DNA of 13,320 bases, taken from NCBI GenBank assembly GCA_965657355.1, contig CBFHOE010000001.1, positions 213,128-226,447 of the forward strand. Direction: 5' to 3'. A program made the translations under genes and the position numbers. The stretch is from Limisphaerales bacterium (GTDB lineage Bacteria > Verrucomicrobiota > Verrucomicrobiia > Limisphaerales > JAJOIW01). Numbering within the stretch: position 1 is the stretch's first letter; every line of letters begins with the position of its first letter. The notes beneath the pieces were generated by a model, which was not told the DNA's origin, searched no databases, and saw nothing but the letters and a program-made list of their open reading frames with translations. Positions 8,741-13,320 of this stretch are shown one piece after another.

Positions 8741-9523
8741 GTGAAATCTGGACATTCAAAATTGGTTTTCTCAGCGATTGATCAATATGGTGGCGTACAG
8801 GTTAAGGAATCATCCGGGATTAGAAGTCTTTATTTTGACAACGAAGTCATTCAATCCAGCACGTCTCTCGAGGATCCCACAAAGCCAATCCTCGAATATA
8901 TACAAGGAATGGGTCTGGGTTTTTACGCACCAATCAAAATTTCTAATATCTTGATTTTGGGAGGTGGCGGAGGTTCCCTGATTAATTTGGCGAGGAAAAT
9001 GCATCCAGAATGTCATATCGACGTCGTCGAAAGGAGCGGCGCTGTTGTCAAGGCTGCGCTTGAGGCGATGCAAATGCAAAAAGATACAAAAATCCAAATT
9101 CACGTTTCTGATGCCTTGTCATTTTTAACATCGGTAGGAACTCAACCTAAATATGATTTGATCTTCATTGACTTGTTTGATTCAGACGGGCCCGCTTTGG
9201 AATATAGCAACTTGGAGTTTTCCTCTCGAATAGTGACTTTATTAAATCCAAAAGGAATAGTATTGGCAAACTTATGGAAGCATGCCAGGAGGTCGAGTAA
9301 ACTTCTTACAGACAATATTTCATCTTCACTGGGGAGACACGGATATCGATGGCCTTTACCGTCTGGATTAAATCTGATTTTTATAGCTGGGCGAATGCTA
9401 GATTATGATTTTCTCAGTGACTGGAAAAAAACTGTTGTGGCTAGTAAGAGTGATAATTTCTCAGAGCGGATAGTTTTAATTAACTCATTATGTCACTCAG
9501 TTATTCCTTTAAGTGGAAAATGA
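8741..9523 (+). CDS. Spermidine-synthase-fold class I SAM-dependent methyltransferase
   Basis: GTG start. IRSLYFDNEVIQS, motif I ILILGGGGGSL, IDVVERSGAVV, HVSDALSFL, YDLIFIDLFD and LLNPKGIVLANLW. Confidence 0.8.
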   Translation: MKSGHSKLVFSAIDQYGGVQVKESSGIRSLYFDNEVIQSSTSLEDPTKPILEYIQGMGLGFYAPIKISNILILGGGGGSLINLARKMHPECHIDVVERSGAVVKAALEAMQMQKDTKIQIHVSDALSFLTSVGTQPKYDLIFIDLFDSDGPALEYSNLEFSSRIVTLLNPKGIVLANLWKHARRSSKLLTDNISSSLGRHGYRWPLPSGLNLIFIAGRMLDYDFLSDWKKTVVASKSDNFSERIVLINSLCHSVIPLSGK

Positions 9524-9536
9524 AAAAGACATATAC

Positions 9537-11486
9537 TTACTTGCATGTTGTTCTTTTATCTCCATCACGTTTAGTGATGCCTCGAGCATCCAGGAGTTCC
9601 AAAAATGGAACCATTATTTTACGTGATGCCTGAATCACATCTTTGAGCTGAGATACTGTCGCCGGTCCGTTTGTTTGGATAAATTTCACTACTTGATCTG
9701 CATATTCATTGAAAATATCTGTAGGTATAAAGATGGCGCTGCTCACAGCGGTGACTTCCCCGTTATCCTCCAAAAAGGTTAAAGCTTTTTTATCGGTATC
9801 AGTCACAATGAATGCTCTGAAATTACTGGGATCTAAAGGATTTTGTCGAAGCCCTATCATGATTTTATGTGCTGCAGGTTTCAGCGCCTCTGGAAGGAAG
9901 ATTTGATGAGATTGATGATGGATAAAATCTCCTTTTATTATAAAACCGTTTACCGCCAGCTCCTCCTTAAGTTCTGGTAAAAACTCAACGGGAAACCCAT
10001 TTCTTTGCAAGCTGGCAGTTAAAGACTGCATTCTTAGCCCGACTTTCTCGGGCTTGGCCTCATGTTCCTTTGTGACAAGCGACTCAGCATGCTTAATGTG
10101 TTTGCTCCACCACCTGGCATCTAGTAAAGTTTGGCTTCTCTGGAGGACTTTTATGTTTTTACCGAGCTCATAAATGGTTTTTTTTAGCTCGTCGTATGAT
10201 TGAAAAACAATCTTATTGAAGCTATCAAGCAAAGTGAAATTGTCTCTTTTTACTTGTGATAATATTAAGCACTGAAGCGACATTTTGTTTTCAATTCTTG
10301 CTTGAAGTAATTCTAATTGAGAATTGTGGTGGAGTTTATGATGTCCGGGGCAAGGGTCTATCACGGTGCCTCCGGCGAGGGTCGCTTTTTGTGACCAATC
10401 TCTGATGATAAAACGGTCTCCAATCTTTAAATGGATGGGGAATTCTAATTTAATTTGAGCAAAACATTTTTCACTATGAAGTAGATTTCTCTTTCCTTTG
10501 AGTGAAATTCGCGCCTGGTAGTTTCCGGCACCACTATGGAATCTGACGATGGAATTGTGTTTCAATGGCCGGTTAATTTGATATTGTCCCGACACGAGCC
10601 GCTTCGATCTTTCAATTTGTACGTGGAATCTGTCACATGCGTGAGGGGAAGGATCCGTCAATACGACGCTCCCCTTATGAATGATATTTTCCTTATTTTT
10701 TCTGTCAGAATTTATGTCAACATGAGCAAGATTTAATGCAGTCCTTGTCCCCGGCTTACTTGAGTCATTGCTTTCGTTGTATGTTTGAATAGCCCTTACT
10801 CGACTTTTTATATTTCCAGGTATAATGGTCACTTCTTGGTCTTTTGTGACACCGCCATCTATCAGGGTGCCTGTGACAATAGTGCCGATGCCTTTTTTTG
10901 AAAAAATTCGATCAATGGAAAGTCTTCCCTTCTGATGATTTTCCCCCCTCGAGCTTTCTGATAAAAGGTTTTGAAGGGAAGATTTAAAAGGCTTGAATCC
11001 CTCACAAGTTTTATTTGATATAGGGACGATTGGCGAAGACTCTAAAAATGTTCCCTCTATTTCTTCTCTAATAAATTCGATTGCTAACTCAAGATCTTCA
11101 TCAGAGACTAGATCAACTTTAGTAAGTGCTATCAGACCCTTCTGGACTCCAAGATATTCTAGTATTTGTAAATGTTCCTCAGTTTGAGGCATCCAACCAT
11201 CGTCGGCCGCAACAACTAAAATTGCGGCGTCAACAGTGCCAACACCAGTTACCATATTTTTTACAAAATCTTCATGACCGGGCACATCAATAACCCCAAC
11301 AACTATATTTTTCTGATGCGTGGTTGGGTTTGTAAGTAAAAAATTGGCAAACCCCAGTTCAATCGTTATGCCTCTTTTTTTTTCCTCTGGGAGTCTATCC
11401 GGATCTATCGATGAAAGCGCATGGACCAGTGAGCTTTTTCCGTGATCGACGTGTCCAGCAGTGGCCACCATCCTGTATTCCTTCAT
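9537..11486 (-). CDS. selB: Selenocysteine-specific translation elongation factor SelB
   Basis: TAGHVDHGKS (G1), DRLPEEKKRGITIELGFA, DVPGHEDFVKNM (G3), WMPQTEEHL and TKVD (G4). The C-terminal winged-helix SECIS-binding end reads SRKIMVPFLELLD...RDGDKR. It follows selA directly. Confidence 0.96.
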   Translation of the reverse strand: MKEYRMVATAGHVDHGKSSLVHALSSIDPDRLPEEKKRGITIELGFANFLLTNPTTHQKNIVVGVIDVPGHEDFVKNMVTGVGTVDAAILVVAADDGWMPQTEEHLQILEYLGVQKGLIALTKVDLVSDEDLELAIEFIREEIEGTFLESSPIVPISNKTCEGFKPFKSSLQNLLSESSRGENHQKGRLSIDRIFSKKGIGTIVTGTLIDGGVTKDQEVTIIPGNIKSRVRAIQTYNESNDSSKPGTRTALNLAHVDINSDRKNKENIIHKGSVVLTDPSPHACDRFHVQIERSKRLVSGQYQINRPLKHNSIVRFHSGAGNYQARISLKGKRNLLHSEKCFAQIKLEFPIHLKIGDRFIIRDWSQKATLAGGTVIDPCPGHHKLHHNSQLELLQARIENKMSLQCLILSQVKRDNFTLLDSFNKIVFQSYDELKKTIYELGKNIKVLQRSQTLLDARWWSKHIKHAESLVTKEHEAKPEKVGLRMQSLTASLQRNGFPVEFLPELKEELAVNGFIIKGDFIHHQSHQIFLPEALKPAAHKIMIGLRQNPLDPSNFRAFIVTDTDKKALTFLEDNGEVTAVSSAIFIPTDIFNEYADQVVKFIQTNGPATVSQLKDVIQASRKIMVPFLELLDARGITKRDGDKRTTCK

Positions 11487-12898
11487 GTTGATATTTTACC
11501 TTCTAATCCACTTAGTATTTCATACAAGTAATGATCCTCGCATTCTGGTATGGTGCGTAGGTCGATTAAAAGTTTTTCGTCTTCGATTTTACTCGCTATT
11601 GGGGTCGCTGGTTTATGAAGTAATTCTAGTTGTAATTTGGTAGCCGACATTAATTTATGGGTGAGCTCTATGCCTGCGCTGGGTATTCGTGCCTTCGGCA
11701 ACGTTCCGCCCCCCACCGTAGACATTGTTGATACTGCCGCAAATGTCAATTTCGCTGATTTTAAATTTCCGACAATGTTCTCGGCTCTTTCTCTTAATTG
11801 GTCCAAGGTTTGATTCCCAACTGAGTGGATAAATACATTTTCCTCAAATGACTTATTAAGATAAGACTCAGCTGTGTATTCAAGTCCACTCAGAATTAAT
11901 TTATCGCATCTCAGGCACCTGTAAAATGGATTGGACTTTATTCTTTTTACCAAGTCCTCTCGGCCAGCAATGATTCCTGCCTGGGGTCCCCCAAAAAGTT
12001 TATCACCGCTAAAGCAAACAAGGTCAACGCCAGATTGTATGACCGTTTCAGGCGTCGGCTCGAGAGGTGTTCCTTCCCAATCTGAAGTTGGGATTATCGC
12101 CCCGCTACCGAGGTCCTCAACTAATGGTATCGAATATGATTTTGCCAGTTTTGATAAGTCACAGCGAGGTGGTGACTCTACGAAACCTTCCATATAAAAA
12201 TTGCTTTGGTGGACCTTTAAAATTAATGCTGTGTGGCTATTTATGGAGTCCTCGTAATCCGTTAGTGTCGTTTTATTCGTTGTGCCAACTTCTTTTAGCT
12301 TGGCCCCGGAGGATTCCAAAATATCAGGTATTCGGAACCCCCCACCAATCTGGACTAACTCACCTCGCGAAATTATGACTTCTTTACGGTCTGAAGAAAT
12401 TAGTTCTTTTAAAATAATCACTAATGCTGCGGCACAATTATTGACTATAGACGTCGCTTCGGAGCCACATATTTGGTTTAATAATTGTTCTGCGTAGACC
12501 CCACGTATCCCCCGCTTTCCTTTAGTAATGTCGAATTCCAAATTGTTGTATGAAGTGGCAATTTTTGCTACGTGTTCAGCTGCTTTTGGATCTAAAGGAG
12601 CCCTTCCTAAGTTGGTGTGTAAAATGACACCAGTTCCATTGATGACTTTTTGGATCCTCGATCTAGAGAAATTTTTAAGGGCTTTTTGAACCGCTTTTGA
12701 AATATCAAATTTAGGTTTCTTTTTTGATGCCACTATGTGACTTCTGATCTCATTGAGCTCAGCTCTGATAATGGAATTAATAATCGATTGTGGCAGGTCG
12801 TATTGCTCTAGACTCTGTGCAAGTTTTTCCACCGAAGGGATGGATCTGAGTAGTTCCTGTATGCTTTCTTGTTCATTCACTTTAATCTTTTCATCCAT
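11483..12898 (-). CDS. selA: L-seryl-tRNA(Sec) selenium transferase SelA
   Basis: LLRSIPSVEKL, VINGTGVILHTNLGRAPL, VNNCAAA, ISRGELVQIGGGFRIPDI, EVGTTNKT, LKVHQSNF, EDLGSG and the PLP-lysine motif FSGDKLFGGPQAGII. It overlaps selB by an ATGA at 11483-11486. Confidence 0.97.
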   Translation of the reverse strand: MDEKIKVNEQESIQELLRSIPSVEKLAQSLEQYDLPQSIINSIIRAELNEIRSHIVASKKKPKFDISKAVQKALKNFSRSRIQKVINGTGVILHTNLGRAPLDPKAAEHVAKIATSYNNLEFDITKGKRGIRGVYAEQLLNQICGSEATSIVNNCAAALVIILKELISSDRKEVIISRGELVQIGGGFRIPDILESSGAKLKEVGTTNKTTLTDYEDSINSHTALILKVHQSNFYMEGFVESPPRCDLSKLAKSYSIPLVEDLGSGAIIPTSDWEGTPLEPTPETVIQSGVDLVCFSGDKLFGGPQAGIIAGREDLVKRIKSNPFYRCLRCDKLILSGLEYTAESYLNKSFEENVFIHSVGNQTLDQLRERAENIVGNLKSAKLTFAAVSTMSTVGGGTLPKARIPSAGIELTHKLMSATKLQLELLHKPATPIASKIEDEKLLIDLRTIPECEDHYLYEILSGLEGKIST

Positions 12899-12916
12899 GA
12901 TTATCGGAATACCTAA

Positions 12917-12925
12917 AGCTTAGCA
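12917..12925 (-). promoter_or_regulatory. Candidate extended -10 element for selAB
   Basis: The minus strand reads TGcTAAGCT (TGn-TAnnnT), ending 18 nt before the selA ATG. Confidence 0.3.
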
Positions 12926-12930
12926 TTTAA

Positions 12931-12939
12931 TGATATAAT
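12931..12939 (+). promoter_or_regulatory. Extended -10 promoter element for the oxidoreductase/SelD-type gene
   Basis: Perfect TGnTATAAT (TGATATAAT) ending 48 nt upstream of the ATG at 12988. Confidence 0.5.
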
Positions 12940-12987
12940 TAGAAAGGCGGTACTTGCACGCGGGTGCTCAGAGCCCATAATTAAGGA

Positions 12988-13320
12988 ATGTTTGGTACCT
13001 CGCAGATACCTATTTCCAAAGAATTACTCCTTATAGGCGGGGGGCATTCTCACGTGGCTGTACTAAAAAGTTTTGGTATGAACCCCGTGCCTGGATTGAG
13101 GGTGACTCTTATTAGCCCAGATACCATGGCTCCATATTCTGGTATGTTGCCTGGATTGATATCGGGTCACTATACCCACGAGGAAGCCCACATAGACCTC
13201 GTTAGGTTGAGCCGGTTTGCTGGAGCTGATTTTATTAGAGATACCGTGACGCGAATAGATCCCGACGAGAAGATAGTTTTTCTTTCGGAAAACCGTCGTT
13301 TTTCCTACGACCTGGCTTCG
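12988..13320 (+). CDS. N-terminal part of a pyridine nucleotide-disulfide oxidoreductase of the 'N-terminal to SelD' type (TIGR03169-like), probably an oxidoreductase-SelD (selenide, water dikinase) fusion; truncated at the window edge
   Basis: Not in the ORF track because it has no stop in the window. Hand translation of 111 codons: MFGTSQIPISKELLLIGGGHSHVAVLKSFGMNPVPGLRVTLISPDTMAPYSGMLPGLISGHYTHEEAHIDLVRLSRFAGADFIRDTVTRIDPDEKIVFLSENRRFSYDLAS. The FAD-binding GGGHSH and PYSGMLPG...GHY motifs characterise this family. The SelD domain itself is not visible in the window. Confidence 0.85.
   Translation, partial: MFGTSQIPISKELLLIGGGHSHVAVLKSFGMNPVPGLRVTLISPDTMAPYSGMLPGLISGHYTHEEAHIDLVRLSRFAGADFIRDTVTRIDPDEKIVFLSENRRFSYDLAS

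Noticed and set aside
9521..9575. UGA readthrough (selenoprotein) of the methyltransferase
   Set aside because: The domain is already complete at the TGA. The extension would run antisense into selB, and the downstream stem is weak and AU-rich with no redox motif context.
304..12497. Numerous 60-162 aa overlapping or antisense ORFs in the track (e.g. 761-1153, 915-1403, 3157-3591, 3453-3803, 12067-12378)
   Set aside because: All are shadows of well-supported genes, with no recognisable motifs.

Overview
A gene-dense bacterial chromosomal window of roughly 40% GC. It is most likely from the PVC superphylum, plausibly Verrucomicrobia; this is inferred from the DUF1501 protein, the long adenylate-kinase-like protein and the grpE-dnaJ-rsmE order. 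From left to right it contains the 5' end of a secreted protein gene (minus strand, cut by the window edge), a SleB/Hydrolase_2 cell-wall hydrolase, an extended adenylate-kinase-like protein, a minus-strand grpE-dnaJ-rsmE run without dnaK, a Tat-signal DUF1501 protein, a glyoxalase I/VOC protein, a secreted alpha/beta hydrolase, an EamA/DMT transporter and a spermidine-synthase-fold methyltransferase. It ends in a selenium locus: translationally coupled selA-selB on the minus strand, head-to-head with a truncated plus-strand gene missing from the ORF track. That gene encodes the FAD/NAD oxidoreductase domain usually found N-terminal to SelD. The 89-bp selA/oxidoreductase spacer is the most interesting non-coding stretch, with back-to-back extended -10 elements and a GC-rich leader that can form alternative folds. 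I saw no tRNA (including selC), rRNA, CRISPR array or mobile element.
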